Assembly: GCA_043819795.1 (NCBI GenBank)
Contig: JBDREN010000222.1
Coordinates: forward strand, 1 to 64,000
Direction of reading: 5' to 3'
Source: Elusimicrobiota bacterium
GTDB taxonomy: Bacteria; Elusimicrobiota; Elusimicrobia; UBA1565
Length of the DNA: 64,000 nt
Shown here: positions 40,384-50,788 of the stretch, one piece after another
How positions within the stretch are numbered: the stretch's first letter is position 1
Layout of the letters: each line of letters starts with the position of its first letter
Notes under the pieces: generated by a model
Told to the model about the DNA's origin: nothing
What the model saw: only the letters and a program-made list of their open reading frames with translations
The model's database searches: none
Program-made: the position numbers and the translations under genes

Positions 40384-42624
40384 ATGGACACGAAAGTCGG
40401 CGTATTCATCTGCAAGGGTTGCGACATCGCGGGCTCCGTCGACGTCGACAAGATGGCGGAGGTCGCCACGGGCGAGGCGAAGGCCGCGGTCTGCAAGACC
40501 CACGACGCCTTCTGCAGCCCGGAGGGCGCGGGCCTGATCAAGGCCGACGTCGAGGGTGAGGGCCTGAACCGGGTGGCGGTCGCGGCATGCTCCCAGCGGG
40601 TCTTCCCGGAGCTCTTCGATTTCGGCAAGGACGTCCTCGTGGACAGGGTCAATATCCGCGAGAACGTCGCCTGGTCCCACGAGCCCAACGACGAGGACAC
40701 GCAGATGCTCGCCGAGGACTGTGTCCGCATGAGCGTCGCCCGGCTGGGCAGCAGCGCGCCCGCCGAGCCCTTCATGGAGGAGACGAGCAAGGATATCTTG
40801 GTCGTCGGCGGGGGTATGACGGGGATGAACGCCGCGCGTACGGCGGCCAGGGCCGGCTACAAGGTCGTCCTCGTGGAGAAAGAGGACCGCCTCGGCGGCT
40901 GGGCGGCCAAGTTCCCGAAGGTCTTCCCCAAGCGCCCTCCGTATCGCGATCTCGAGGACGCGGGCGTGGAGGGGCTGGTCAAGGACGTCGAGGCGGACCC
41001 GAACATCACCGTCCACAAGTCGACGGTCGTCGAGAAGACGGTGGGGCAGCCGGGGAAGTTCGCGGTGGCGCTCAAGAACGGCGGCAAGTCCGCCGAGCTC
41101 ACCGTGGGCTCGATCATCCTGGCCTCCGGCTGGAAGCCCTATGAGGCGGAGAAGTTGACTCACCTGGGCTACGGCTCCTCGCCGGACATCATCACCAACG
41201 TGCAGATGGAGGAGATGGCGGCGAAGGGTGAGATCAAGCGCCCCTCCGACGGCAAGCCGGTCGAGAGCGTGGCCTTCATCCAGTGCGCCGGGTCGCGGGA
41301 CCAGGAGCACCTCCCCTACTGCTCGGCCGTATGCTGCCGGGTCAGTCTGAAGCAGGCGCTCTACGTCAGGGAGCGCCACCCGGACGCCAAGGTCTACGTG
41401 ATCTATAAGGACGTCCGGTCTCCCGCCCAGTACGAGATGTTCTACGCCCGCGTGCAGGAAGACGAGGCCGTCTTCCTGACGAAGGGAGAGGTCGCCGGCG
41501 TGGCGAAGGAGCCCGACGGCAAGATCGCGGTCGACGTAAAAGAGACGCTTCTCGGCGAGGATATCACCATCAAGGCGGACCTCGTGGTGCTGGCCACCGG
41601 CATGGTGCCGACGACGAAGGTCGAGGTCGGCGAGAACGGCGCGAAGCCGGAGGCCGGCGCCGAGGCGAAGGAGGGGGAAACCGCCGACGGCAAGAAGGAG
41701 GCGGAGAGCGCCGAGTTGGGCGCCAAGATCCTCAACCTGACGTACCGCCAGGGCACCGACCTTCCGACGCTGAAATACGGCTTCCCGGACTCGCACTTCA
41801 TCTGCTTCCCGTATGAGACGCGGCGGACGGGCATCTACGCGGCGGGCTCGGTCCGGGCGCCGATGGATCTGGCCTCGGGCGCCAGCGACGCCCGAGGGGC
41901 GGCGCTCAAGGCGATCCAGGCGGTCGAGTCGATCGCCCGGGGCGCCGCGGTCCACCCGCGCGCGGGCGACCTGAGCTACCCGGAGTTCTTTATGCAGCGG
42001 TGCACCCAGTGCAAGCGCTGCACCGAGGAGTGCCCCTTCGGCGCGCTTGACGAGGACGCGAAGGGGACTCCGCTGCCGAATCCGCTGCGCTGCAGGCGCT
42101 GCGGGGTGTGCCTGGGAGCCTGCCCGGAGCGGATCGTCTCGTTCAAGAACTACAACGTCAACATGATCTCCCAGATGATCAAGTCCATGCACGTGCCCGA
42201 CGAGTTCGAGGAGAAGCCGAGGATCCTCGCCTTCATCTGCGAGAACGACGCGCTCCCGTCGGTGGACATGGCCGGGATCAAGAGGCTGAAGTACAACGCC
42301 ATGATCCGGATCATCCCGCTCCGGTGTCTCGGCTCGATGAACGCGGTCTGGGTGAGCGACGCCCTGGCGCGGGGAGTGGACGGAGTCCTCCTCATCGGCT
42401 GCAAGAAGGGCGACGACTACCAGTGCCATTTCGTGCGGGGCAGCGAGCTTGCGGCCTACCGCATGGGGAACGTCCAGGAGAAGCTCAAGCAGCTCGCGCT
42501 CGAGACCGAGCGCGTCGAGATGCACGAGCTGGCTATCACGGACTACCACAAGATCCCGGGGATCTTCGACAAGTTCCTGGAGGTCATCGAGGGCGTCGGC
42601 CCCAATCCCTATAAGGGAATGTAG
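40384..42624 (+). CDS. qmoB: QmoB, HdrA-like + ferredoxin + MvhD-like domains
   Basis: QCAGSRD..HLPYCS, GFPDSHFICFPYETRRTGIY, CTQCKRCTEECPFG, CENDA, GCKKGDDYQCHF, GPNPYKG. Confidence 0.95.
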   Translation: MDTKVGVFICKGCDIAGSVDVDKMAEVATGEAKAAVCKTHDAFCSPEGAGLIKADVEGEGLNRVAVAACSQRVFPELFDFGKDVLVDRVNIRENVAWSHEPNDEDTQMLAEDCVRMSVARLGSSAPAEPFMEETSKDILVVGGGMTGMNAARTAARAGYKVVLVEKEDRLGGWAAKFPKVFPKRPPYRDLEDAGVEGLVKDVEADPNITVHKSTVVEKTVGQPGKFAVALKNGGKSAELTVGSIILASGWKPYEAEKLTHLGYGSSPDIITNVQMEEMAAKGEIKRPSDGKPVESVAFIQCAGSRDQEHLPYCSAVCCRVSLKQALYVRERHPDAKVYVIYKDVRSPAQYEMFYARVQEDEAVFLTKGEVAGVAKEPDGKIAVDVKETLLGEDITIKADLVVLATGMVPTTKVEVGENGAKPEAGAEAKEGETADGKKEAESAELGAKILNLTYRQGTDLPTLKYGFPDSHFICFPYETRRTGIYAAGSVRAPMDLASGASDARGAALKAIQAVESIARGAAVHPRAGDLSYPEFFMQRCTQCKRCTEECPFGALDEDAKGTPLPNPLRCRRCGVCLGACPERIVSFKNYNVNMISQMIKSMHVPDEFEEKPRILAFICENDALPSVDMAGIKRLKYNAMIRIIPLRCLGSMNAVWVSDALARGVDGVLLIGCKKGDDYQCHFVRGSELAAYRMGNVQEKLKQLALETERVEMHELAITDYHKIPGIFDKFLEVIEGVGPNPYKGM

Positions 42625-42682
42625 CGGGCATCTGTCGCCATCCGGGCGACGTCCGAGGAGCCTGTCCGTCTGAACGCCGGAG

Positions 42683-42702
42683 AGGCTCCGCGGCCTTTTT
42701 TT
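42683..42702 (+). terminator. Possible weak intrinsic terminator after qmoB
   Basis: Short stem AGGCT/GGCCT followed by a T run. Confidence 0.3.
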
Positions 42703-42915
42703 GGCGCCCACTTCATCGCGAAATAAATAAAAAGATCCAAAAAGAATTGTTTTTATGGCTGCGGATAGGGGCGGAGGGCTCCCCTTGATATGGTCTTTCA
42801 ATTTAGTTAAAATCGATCACACGCGGGGCGTCTGTTGGGCGTTGCCCCGGTCGTTGGTAGGCCCCGGTTTGTGTCGCGGGCGTTGGAATATCGACCATCA
42901 AGTCAAGGAGATATC

Positions 42916-44124
42916 ATGGCTGAGAAAACTTCGGAAACACCAATGCTCGATCAGCTCGAAACAGGGAAGTGGCCGAGCTTCGTCACGGAGATCAAGATGG
43001 CCGCCAAGAGGAGTCCCATGGCCAAGGACCTCCTCGGGCAGCTCGAGTACTCGTATCAGAAGAAGATCGGGTACTGGAAGCACGGCGGCATCGTCGGAGT
43101 CATGGGCTACGGCGGAGGCGTCATCGGCAGGTATTCCGCGTTGCCCGACAAGTTCCCGGGCGTCTCCCATTTCCACACGCTCCGGGTCAATCAGCCGGCC
43201 GGCTGGTTCTACACCTCCGAAGCCCTGCGCAAGATCTGCGACATCTGGGAGAAGCACGGCTCGGGAGTCACCAACATGCACGGCTCCACGGGCGACATCA
43301 TCCTGTTGGGCACCAAGACCTCCGAGCTCGAGCCGGTGTTCTCCGAGCTGCAGAAGATCGACTTCGACCTCGGCGGCTCCGGCTCCGACGTCCGGACGCC
43401 GAGCTGCTGCTGCGGGCAGGCCCGGTGCGAGTGGGCCTGCTACGACACGATGGGGGCCTGCACCGAATTCACCCAGGCCTACCAGGACGAGCTTCATCGC
43501 CCGGCGTTCCCCTACAAGTTCAAGTTCAAGTTCTCCGGCTGCCCGAACGATTGCGTCGCTTCGATCGCGAGGGCCGACATGTCCATCATCGGGACATGGC
43601 GCGACGACATCCAAATGGATAAGGACGCGGTCAAGGAGTACGCCGACGGCGGGATGGACGTCCAGTCCGACGTCGTCGACAACTGCCCGGCCAAGTGCAT
43701 GGAATGGGACGGCAAGGAGCTGAAGATCGACAACAGCTTCTGCCGCCGCTGCATGCACTGCATCAACGTCATGCCCAAGGCCCTGCAGCCCGGGAAGGAC
43801 CGCGGCGCGACCATACTCCTTGGCTCGAAGGCCCCCATCATGGAGGGGGCCCTGCTGTCGTCGGTTCTCGTCCCCTTCATCAAGATGGAGCCTCCGTATC
43901 AGGAGATCAAGGACCTCGTCGAGAAGATCTGGGACGTTTGGGGCGAAGATGGCAAGAACCGCGAGCGGGTCGGTGAGTTCATCCAGCGCGTCGGGCTCGG
44001 CAACTTCCTCGAGGCGATCGAGCTCGAGCCGCGGGCCGAGATGGTGGCCCATCCCCGCGAGAACCCGTACGTCTTCTACGAGGAGTACTTCGAGGAAGGC
44101 GGCGACGGGGACGGCGAGAAGTAA
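42916..44124 (+). CDS. dsrA: Dissimilatory sulfite reductase alpha subunit
   Basis: [84 protein letters not shown]. Confidence 0.98.
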   Translation: MAEKTSETPMLDQLETGKWPSFVTEIKMAAKRSPMAKDLLGQLEYSYQKKIGYWKHGGIVGVMGYGGGVIGRYSALPDKFPGVSHFHTLRVNQPAGWFYTSEALRKICDIWEKHGSGVTNMHGSTGDIILLGTKTSELEPVFSELQKIDFDLGGSGSDVRTPSCCCGQARCEWACYDTMGACTEFTQAYQDELHRPAFPYKFKFKFSGCPNDCVASIARADMSIIGTWRDDIQMDKDAVKEYADGGMDVQSDVVDNCPAKCMEWDGKELKIDNSFCRRCMHCINVMPKALQPGKDRGATILLGSKAPIMEGALLSSVLVPFIKMEPPYQEIKDLVEKIWDVWGEDGKNRERVGEFIQRVGLGNFLEAIELEPRAEMVAHPRENPYVFYEEYFEEGGDGDGEK

Positions 44125-44170
44125 GGGCGGGCGGCCGTAAACGACCAGTTTAAACAAGCGAGGTAGAGAA

Positions 44171-45259
44171 ATGGCTGAAGCGACCCAGACACAGGAAAGA
44201 CGGACGGATTTCGGGCCTCCGCACTACGAGAAGTTCCTGCCGCCGGTGATCAAGAAGAACTACGGCAAGTGGAAGTATCACGAGATCCTGAAGCCCGGCG
44301 TGATGGTCCACGTGGCGCAGTCCGGAGACAAGCTCTATACGGTGCGCTCCGCTTCGGGCAGGCTGCTGAGCATCGACAAGATCCGCATGTACTGCGACCT
44401 GGCCGACAAGTACTGCGACGGCTATATCCGGTTCACGAGCCGCCACAACGTGGAGTTCCTCACCGACAAGAAGGAGAGCATCGAGCCCCTGATCGCCGAC
44501 CTCAAGAAGATGGGACATCCCGTCGGCGGCATCGGCAACTCCATCTCCAGCATCGTCCATACTCAGGGCTGGATCCACTGCCATTCGGCCGCGACCGACG
44601 CCTCGGGCATCGTCAAGTCGGTGATGGACGACCTGATCGTCCATTTCGAGGAGAGGGACCTTCCCGGCAAGCTCCGGATCGCCCTGGCGTGCTGCCTGAA
44701 CATGTGCGGCGCGGTGCACTGCTCGGACATCGCCATCCTCGGCGTCCACCGGCGCCCGCCGAAGACGGACCATGACACGGTGAAGAAGCAGTGCGAGATC
44801 CCGAACGTCAGCGCCTCCTGCCCGACGGCCGCCATCCGGCCGGCGACGGTCAACGGCAAGCAGTCGGTCGAGGTCATCGAGGAGCGGTGCATGTTCTGCG
44901 CCAACTGCTACACGGTCTGCCCGTCCATGCCCTTGAACGATCCCCTCAACGACGGGGTCTCGATCTGGGTCGGCGGGAAGGTCTCGAACGCGCGGACGGA
45001 GCCGGCCTTCTCGAAGCTGGCGATCCCGTACCTGCCGAACAACCCGCCGCGCTGGCCCGAGGTGACCGACGCGGTGAAGAACCTGGTCGAGCTGTGGGCC
45101 AAGAACGCGAAGAAGTACGAGCGGATGGGCGAGTGGATCGCCCGCATCGGCTGGCCGAGGTTCTTCAAGATGTCCGGGATCCCGTTCCAGAAGGAGCATA
45201 TCGACGACTTCAAGCATGCCGGCCTGACGTACAAGCGGTCGACTCATCTGACGTTCTAG
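44171..45259 (+). CDS. dsrB: Dissimilatory sulfite reductase beta subunit
   Basis: [68 protein letters not shown]. Confidence 0.98.
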   Translation: MAEATQTQERRTDFGPPHYEKFLPPVIKKNYGKWKYHEILKPGVMVHVAQSGDKLYTVRSASGRLLSIDKIRMYCDLADKYCDGYIRFTSRHNVEFLTDKKESIEPLIADLKKMGHPVGGIGNSISSIVHTQGWIHCHSAATDASGIVKSVMDDLIVHFEERDLPGKLRIALACCLNMCGAVHCSDIAILGVHRRPPKTDHDTVKKQCEIPNVSASCPTAAIRPATVNGKQSVEVIEERCMFCANCYTVCPSMPLNDPLNDGVSIWVGGKVSNARTEPAFSKLAIPYLPNNPPRWPEVTDAVKNLVELWAKNAKKYERMGEWIARIGWPRFFKMSGIPFQKEHIDDFKHAGLTYKRSTHLTF

Positions 45260-45275
45260 AGCCGGGAGGTCGCAA

Positions 45276-45521
45276 GTGGCAAAGACAGCGGAAGAAGTGG
45301 CCGAGGCCATGTATAGCCTGGTCAAGGACGCCCAGGGCCAGAAGAAGTTGAAGGCGATGGACCTGATGAAGGCCATGGTGCAGCTTTTCGGTGACGAGGT
45401 CGACAAGAAGCTCTGCAAGGAAGCGATCAAGCTGCTGGTCAACTCCGGGAAGTGCGTCTATACGTACTTCGGGGGCAGCTTCATCGAGATCCCCCACAGA
45501 GAGGCTGCGGCGAACGACTGA
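45276..45521 (+). CDS. dsrD: DsrD-like small winged-helix protein
   Basis: 81 aa directly after dsrB, GGGAGG RBS, GTG start; K.AI..LVNSG..VYTYFGGS; C-terminal motif differs from the classical YWSSGST type. Confidence 0.75.
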   Translation: MAKTAEEVAEAMYSLVKDAQGQKKLKAMDLMKAMVQLFGDEVDKKLCKEAIKLLVNSGKCVYTYFGGSFIEIPHREAAAND

Positions 45522-45631
45522 TCGGACGCCGGGCTTCCGGCGGTCCTCAATAGCTTCGTTGTTCATCGGGCCAATGCCCGGACGGTCGGCAGCGTGTCGG
45601 CCGTCTGGGCGTTGAGGTCTGCAAGCAACTT

Positions 45632-47032
45632 ATGGATGTGAAGATCCCGCGGCTCGTCATCGGAGGGCTGTCGGGCGACTCGGGCAAGACGGTCGTCAGC
45701 CTCGGGCTCCTGGCGGGGCTGCGCCAAAGAGGCCTGGGCGTCTCCGTCTTTAAGAAAGGCCCCGATTACATCGACGCGGCCTGGCTCGGGAAGCTGGCCG
45801 GTGCCGTCTGCCGCAATCTCGATACCTACATGGTCGAGCCGGACGAGGTCTATGAAAGCTTCGTCTCGCACGCCGCCGGGGCCGATGTCGCGGTCGTTGA
45901 GGGCAATCGCGGGCTCTTCGACGGGAGGGACGTCGAGGGGGCGAACAGCACCGCGGAGCTCGCGAAGCTGCTGCGGGCGCCGGTGGTCCTCGTCGTCGGC
46001 GCCTCGAAGACGACGCGGACGATAGCGGCCGTGGTCAAGGGCTGCCAATCGTTCTGCCCGGAGCTCGACATCGCCGGGGTGGTCTTGAACAAGGTGGCCG
46101 GCAAGCGCCATGAGCGCGTGCTCACCGACGCGATCGGGAAGTACTGCGGCCTGCCGGTCCTCGGGGTCGTCCCGAGGATGGATGACGGCCCGGGGCTGAT
46201 CGGCAGCCGCCATCTGGGGCTGGTGACGCCCGCCGAGTCCGGAGAGGACGCGGATCTGGAGGCTCGGCTGACGGCGATCGCCGGGCATCTCGACGTGGAC
46301 GGGCTCCTGGACGCGGCCCGGAGGGCCGCGCCGCTTCCGGGCCGGGAGCGGCGTCGGCCGCCGGAGACCCCCGCGAAGGTGAAGGTCGGATATTTCAAGG
46401 ATACGGTCTTCACGTTCTACTATCCGGAGAATCTCGAGGCGCTGGAGGCTCATGGCGCTGAGCTAGTGCCCGTCTCCTCCTTGGACGACGCGTCTCTTCC
46501 GGATATCGACGCGCTCTATATCGGGGGCGGGTTCCCCGAGACCCATGCCGGACGCCTGGCCCAAAACGGCTCGATGATGGAGTCCGTCAGGGCCGCTGCG
46601 GAGGGGGGCTTGCCCGTCTACGCCGAGTGCGGCGGGCTGATCTATCTTTCAAGGTCGCTCACCTGGAAGGGCGATCGCTGTCCGATGGCCGGCGTCTTCC
46701 CGGTCGACTTGGTGATGCGTCCCCGGCCGGCGGGCCATGGATACGCGCGGCTGCTGGTCGACCGGCCCAATCCGTTCTTCGAGGTCGGCGCCGCGATCAA
46801 GGGGCATGAGTTCCATTACTCGTGCTTGACGGCGGCCCCGGAGGAATCGATGACCTGCATGCGCGTCGAGACAGGGACCGGCTTGGGGGAGGGCCGGGAC
46901 GGCTTGTTGTACAAGAATACCATGGCATGCTACACTCATATCCACGCTGATGCCGTGAAAGACTGGGCGCCCCGCCTGGTGGCGAGCGCCGCGGTGCGTC
47001 GCGGGAGGATGGAAAAACCGTTGCATATATAG
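45632..47032 (+). CDS. dsrN: DsrN, siroheme amidase (cobyrinate a,c-diamide synthase family)
   Basis: GDSGKT, FKKGPDYID, EGNRGLFDG, RHLGL, FYYPEN, GGGFPE, AECGG, GHEFHYS; located in the dsr operon. Confidence 0.92.
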   Translation: MDVKIPRLVIGGLSGDSGKTVVSLGLLAGLRQRGLGVSVFKKGPDYIDAAWLGKLAGAVCRNLDTYMVEPDEVYESFVSHAAGADVAVVEGNRGLFDGRDVEGANSTAELAKLLRAPVVLVVGASKTTRTIAAVVKGCQSFCPELDIAGVVLNKVAGKRHERVLTDAIGKYCGLPVLGVVPRMDDGPGLIGSRHLGLVTPAESGEDADLEARLTAIAGHLDVDGLLDAARRAAPLPGRERRRPPETPAKVKVGYFKDTVFTFYYPENLEALEAHGAELVPVSSLDDASLPDIDALYIGGGFPETHAGRLAQNGSMMESVRAAAEGGLPVYAECGGLIYLSRSLTWKGDRCPMAGVFPVDLVMRPRPAGHGYARLLVDRPNPFFEVGAAIKGHEFHYSCLTAAPEESMTCMRVETGTGLGEGRDGLLYKNTMACYTHIHADAVKDWAPRLVASAAVRRGRMEKPLHI

Positions 47033-47077
47033 AAGTGTAGGAAATCCCGGCACATTTGCAGATAGCGAGAGCTGATT

Positions 47078-48751
47078 ATGATCAATAAAGTCGTCAAAAA
47101 GAAGAAGCGGGGCCTGGGCTCAGGGCGCAGTTCGGGCGTCGAGACCTCTATGCAAAGGCCGAAGTTCGTGGAAAAAACGCCGCCATGCACGAACACCTGT
47201 CCCAACCAGAACAAGATCCGCGAGGGCCTGATGGCGGTTTCCAGGGCGGAGGCCCTCGGAAAGACCTATGATCAGGCGCTGGAGGAGGCCTGGCACACTT
47301 TCCTTGAAACGACTCCCTTCCCCGCCGTATGCGGGAGGGTCTGCCCGCATCCCTGCGAGTCGGAATGCAACCGCAAAGGGAAGGACGGGGCGGTCGGCGT
47401 CAATAATTTCGAGAGGTTCATCGGCGACTTCGGGCTGCGCAAGAAGCTCGTCCCGAAGAAGCTGACCGAAGAGAAGAGGACCGAGAAGATCGCGGTCGTC
47501 GGCTCCGGCCCGGCGGGCCTCAGCTGCGCCTACCATCTGGCCCGCCGGGGCTATCCGGTCACGGTCTATGAGGCCTTCCCGAAAGCGGGCGGGATGCTCC
47601 GCTACGGCATCCCCGACTACCGCCTGCCGCAGGACGTGCTCGACGGCGAGATCAACCGCATCGTGGATATGGGCGTCGAGCTGAAATGCGGCGTCGTGGT
47701 CGGCAAGGACATCCCCCTCGACGAGATCCGGAAGGAGCACAAGGCCGTGTTCGTCGGGATCGGCGGGCATCAGGGCAAGAAGTTGAGGGTCGAAGGCGAG
47801 GACGCCGAGAACGTCTTCACCGGGACCGAGTTCCTTCACAGGATCAACTGCGACGAGAAGATCGACGTCGGGGACAAGGTCGTGGTGATCGGCGGAGGCG
47901 ACACCGCGATCGACGCCGCCCGCGTCGCCCGCCGCCTCGGCGCGGAAACGACCATCCTCTATCGCCGGACCAGGACGGAGATGCCGGCGATCCATGAGGA
48001 GATCGAGGGCGCCCTAGAGGAGGACGTCAAGATCCATTTCCTCGCCGCCCCGCTCGAGATCTCCGGGCGGAACGGCAAGGCGGCGGGCATGAAGTGCCAG
48101 CGGATGGAGCTCGGCGAGCCCGACTCCTCGGGCAGGCGCAGGCCCGTCCCCATCGAGGGCGACACGTTCGATCTGGAGTTCTCCACGCTGATCGCGGCGG
48201 TCAGCCAGGAGCCCGACTTCGCCGGCCTGGACGGCCTCCGCGAGGGCAGGGATTGGATCAAGATCGACGACAAGGGCAAGACGAAGGAGGACGGCGTCTA
48301 TTCGGGCGGCGACAACGTGAACCTGGGATTGGTGGTGCACGCCATCTATCAAGGGCGGGTGGCGGCGGATTCCATCCATGAGGCCATCACGGGCGAGACC
48401 GTCCCGAAGCCTCCGGTCCTGCCGGCGATCAAGCAGGATAAGATCAAGCTCGAGTACCACGACGAAAAGAAGCGGGCCGAAGTCAAGCAGCTCCCCGTGC
48501 CCGAAAGGATGGGCGGCCTCAAGGCCGAGATCGCCGGCACGTTGTCGCAGGATGAGGCCATCGCGGAAGCGAAGCGATGCATGAGCTGCGGCCTCTGCTT
48601 CGAGTGCGGCAGCTGCTGGAGTTTCTGCCAGGACGGCGCGGTGATCAAGCCGCTCGTCAAAAACGAGCCGTACAAGTTCAAGCTGGAGTTCTGCAAGGGC
48701 TGCGGGAAGTGCATGGACATGTGTCCCTGTGGATACATCGAGATGCACTAG
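47078..48751 (+). CDS. dsrL: DsrL, NAD(P)H:acceptor oxidoreductase Fe-S flavoprotein (DsrL-2 type)
   Basis: RP.FVEKTPPC...CP, CGRVCPHPCE..CNR, GSGPAG, GGGDTAIDAAR, YRRTRTEMPA, RCMSCGLCFECGSC, CKGCGKC...CPCGYI. Confidence 0.9.
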   Translation: MINKVVKKKKRGLGSGRSSGVETSMQRPKFVEKTPPCTNTCPNQNKIREGLMAVSRAEALGKTYDQALEEAWHTFLETTPFPAVCGRVCPHPCESECNRKGKDGAVGVNNFERFIGDFGLRKKLVPKKLTEEKRTEKIAVVGSGPAGLSCAYHLARRGYPVTVYEAFPKAGGMLRYGIPDYRLPQDVLDGEINRIVDMGVELKCGVVVGKDIPLDEIRKEHKAVFVGIGGHQGKKLRVEGEDAENVFTGTEFLHRINCDEKIDVGDKVVVIGGGDTAIDAARVARRLGAETTILYRRTRTEMPAIHEEIEGALEEDVKIHFLAAPLEISGRNGKAAGMKCQRMELGEPDSSGRRRPVPIEGDTFDLEFSTLIAAVSQEPDFAGLDGLREGRDWIKIDDKGKTKEDGVYSGGDNVNLGLVVHAIYQGRVAADSIHEAITGETVPKPPVLPAIKQDKIKLEYHDEKKRAEVKQLPVPERMGGLKAEIAGTLSQDEAIAEAKRCMSCGLCFECGSCWSFCQDGAVIKPLVKNEPYKFKLEFCKGCGKCMDMCPCGYIEMH

Positions 48752-48798
48752 CGGCTTGTTCGACAGGCTCTTTTCCATAGTCCCATAGGAGGTAAGGT

Positions 48799-49116
48799 AT
48801 GCCGAGGTTCCAACACAACGGAGTGGATATCGAGGTCGATGAAGACGGGTTCATGCAGGAGCCCGAGGGCTGGAACGAGGCGATAGCGAAGGCTCTCGCG
48901 ACCACCGAAGGGGTCGCCGAGATGACCGAAGAGCACTGGAAGCTCGTGAACTATCTCCGGGAATACTACCTTAAGTTCGGTATCGCCCCGATGATCCGCA
49001 AGCTCTGCAAGCAGACCGGCTTTCCGCTGAAGAAGGTGTACGAGCTGTTCCCTTCCGGGCCGGCCAAGGGAGCCTGCAAAGTCGCCGGGCTGGCGAAGCC
49101 CACCGGCTGCGTGTAG
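48799..49116 (+). CDS. dsrC: DsrC sulfur carrier (canonical, CysB and CysA)
   Basis: DEDGF, W, HW, GIAPMIR, LFPSGPAKGACKVAGLAKPTGCV; AGGAGG RBS. Confidence 0.97.
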   Translation: MPRFQHNGVDIEVDEDGFMQEPEGWNEAIAKALATTEGVAEMTEEHWKLVNYLREYYLKFGIAPMIRKLCKQTGFPLKKVYELFPSGPAKGACKVAGLAKPTGCV

Positions 49117-49124
49117 CTGCCCGC

Positions 49125-49159
49125 ACGGCTAGAGATCCGCGCCGCGGATCTCTAGCCGT
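49125..49159 (+). terminator. 16-bp perfect hairpin after dsrC (terminator or stabiliser)
   Basis: ACGGCTAGAGATCCGC-GCC-GCGGATCTCTAGCCGT. Confidence 0.55.
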
Positions 49160-49233
49160 TGCGATACCTTATCGGTCCGTTAATGTCGGGCGCGAGCGCC
49201 CGACATCTTAGGGCCGTCCGTCCGGAAGAATCC

Positions 49234-49767
49234 ATGCAATCTTCGCTGGCAGACCTCCTGAAAGAACGGCGGGACGCGATCGTGGCGGCCTGGTTCGACC
49301 GGGTCGCCGCGACCTATGCCCCTGAGACCGTGAGGTTTCTGAAACGGGAAAAGGACGGGTTCAGCAACCCCGTCGGCGGCAACATCCTCCGGGGCTTGCG
49401 GGGCGTCTATGATGGTCTTCTTTCGGGAGCCGATGCCGGCGCGCTCCGGGACGCTCTCGACCGCGTCATCAGGATCCGCTCGGTCCAGGACTTCTCCGCT
49501 TCCGAGGCGGTCGCGTTCGTCTTCCTGCTGAAGGGGGTCGTCCGAGAGGCCCTGGCGCGGCCGATGCGCGAGCCGCGCATCCGCGAGGAATTTCAGGCCT
49601 TCGAGGCGCGGGTCGACGAGCTCGGTCTCGCGGCCTTCGACGTCTATATGAGCTGCCGTGAAAAGCTTCACGAGATCAGGACCAGCGAGGTCAAGAGGCG
49701 GTCGAGCCAGCTCTTCGAGCGTCTCGGCGCGCCGGGCGCCTGCCCGGGTAAAGGGTGCGGATCTTGA
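49234..49767 (+). CDS. dsrT: DsrT (RsbRD N-terminal domain protein)
   Basis: L.....AIV..W.....TY......F....D.F.NPVG, IRIRSVQDFSASEAVAFVF.LK, AFDVYMSCREKLHEIR; precedes dsrMK. Confidence 0.9.
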   Translation: MQSSLADLLKERRDAIVAAWFDRVAATYAPETVRFLKREKDGFSNPVGGNILRGLRGVYDGLLSGADAGALRDALDRVIRIRSVQDFSASEAVAFVFLLKGVVREALARPMREPRIREEFQAFEARVDELGLAAFDVYMSCREKLHEIRTSEVKRRSSQLFERLGAPGACPGKGCGS

Positions 49768-49792
49768 TGTCCGTGAGAGGAGATATCCGTCA

Positions 49793-50788
49793 ATGAACGT
49801 ATTGTACTCGCTCGCTTTTGTCGCCGTCCTCTTCGTCATCGTCGTCGCGAGCGCGCCGATGAGGCATTTCGGGACGGTCTTCGGGATCGCGATCCCCTAC
49901 GCGGCCGCCGCCGCCTTCATCCTGGGGCTCGTCTATCGCGTCGTCAAGTGGGGGGCGGCGCCGGTGCCCTTCCGCATCCCGACGACCTGCGGCCAGCAGA
50001 AATCCCTCCCGTGGATCAAGAACAGCCCGCTCGACAGCCCTCACAGCGGGCTCGGCGTCCTCGGCAGGATGGCCCTGGAGGTCCTCTTCTTCCGCTCCCT
50101 GTTCAGGAACACCCGGTCCGATCTGGGCGAGGGGCCGAGGCTCACCTATTCGGAAAGCAAGTGGTTGTGGCTGGGCGCGCTGGTGTTCCATTGGTCGTTT
50201 CTCGTCGTCGTCCTGAGGCATATCCGGCTCTTCGCCGAGCCGGTGCCTTCGCCCATCCTCCTGCTTCAGTCGCTCGACGGGTTCTTTCAGATCGGCGTGC
50301 CGATCCTTTACATGAGCGGCTTGGGCCTCCTGGCGGCCGCCACCTACCTCTTCGTGCGAAGGGTGGCCCTCCCGGAGATCCGCTACATATCCCTTCCGGC
50401 CGACTACGTCCCGCTGTTCCTGATCCTGGGTATCGCCGTCTCGGGGCTCCTTATGAGGCACTTCACCAAGGTGGACATCGTGAGCGTCAAGGAGCTGGCC
50501 ATGGGGCTGGCGAGGTTCTCCCCCTCGGTCCCCGCGGGCGTCGGCACGGTGTTCTACGTCCATCTCTTCTTCGTGTGCGTCCTGATCGCCTATTTCCCCG
50601 TCAGCAAGCTCATGCACATGGGCGGGGTATTCCTGAGCCCCACCCGGAACCTGGCCAACAACAACCGCATGAAGAGGCACGTTAATCCGTGGAACTACGA
50701 TGTGAAGGTGCACACCTATGAGGAGTACGAGGACGAGTTCCGGGGCGTCATGAAGGACGCCGGAATGCCTCTGGAAAAGGACGCGTGA
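49793..50788 (+). CDS. dsrM: DsrM cytochrome b subunit
   Basis: PVPFRIPTTCGQQKSLPWIK, LFFRSLFRNT, FHWSF...RH, SKLMHMGGVFLSPTRN..NN.R..RHVNPW; four heme His. Confidence 0.96.
   Translation: MNVLYSLAFVAVLFVIVVASAPMRHFGTVFGIAIPYAAAAAFILGLVYRVVKWGAAPVPFRIPTTCGQQKSLPWIKNSPLDSPHSGLGVLGRMALEVLFFRSLFRNTRSDLGEGPRLTYSESKWLWLGALVFHWSFLVVVLRHIRLFAEPVPSPILLLQSLDGFFQIGVPILYMSGLGLLAAATYLFVRRVALPEIRYISLPADYVPLFLILGIAVSGLLMRHFTKVDIVSVKELAMGLARFSPSVPAGVGTVFYVHLFFVCVLIAYFPVSKLMHMGGVFLSPTRNLANNNRMKRHVNPWNYDVKVHTYEEYEDEFRGVMKDAGMPLEKDA

Noticed and set aside
37932..42801. 952-aa and 850-aa minus-strand ORFs; also 27890-30577 (-), 50716-52470 (-) and 53756-55480 (-)
   Set aside because: Antisense to qmo/dsr-type genes with clear motifs; typical high-GC shadow ORFs
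42700..42915. FNR-like box upstream of dsrA (TTAGT-TAAA-ATCGA)
   Set aside because: Only 7/10 match in AT-rich DNA; not distinguishable from chance
45632..47032. Cobalamin biosynthesis cbiA/cobB call
   Set aside because: Located inside the dsr operon with no other cob/cbi genes nearby; DsrN is the better call
47078..48751. Glutamate synthase small subunit (gltD) call
   Set aside because: C-terminal ferredoxin domain, position between dsrN and dsrC, and absence of gltB indicate DsrL
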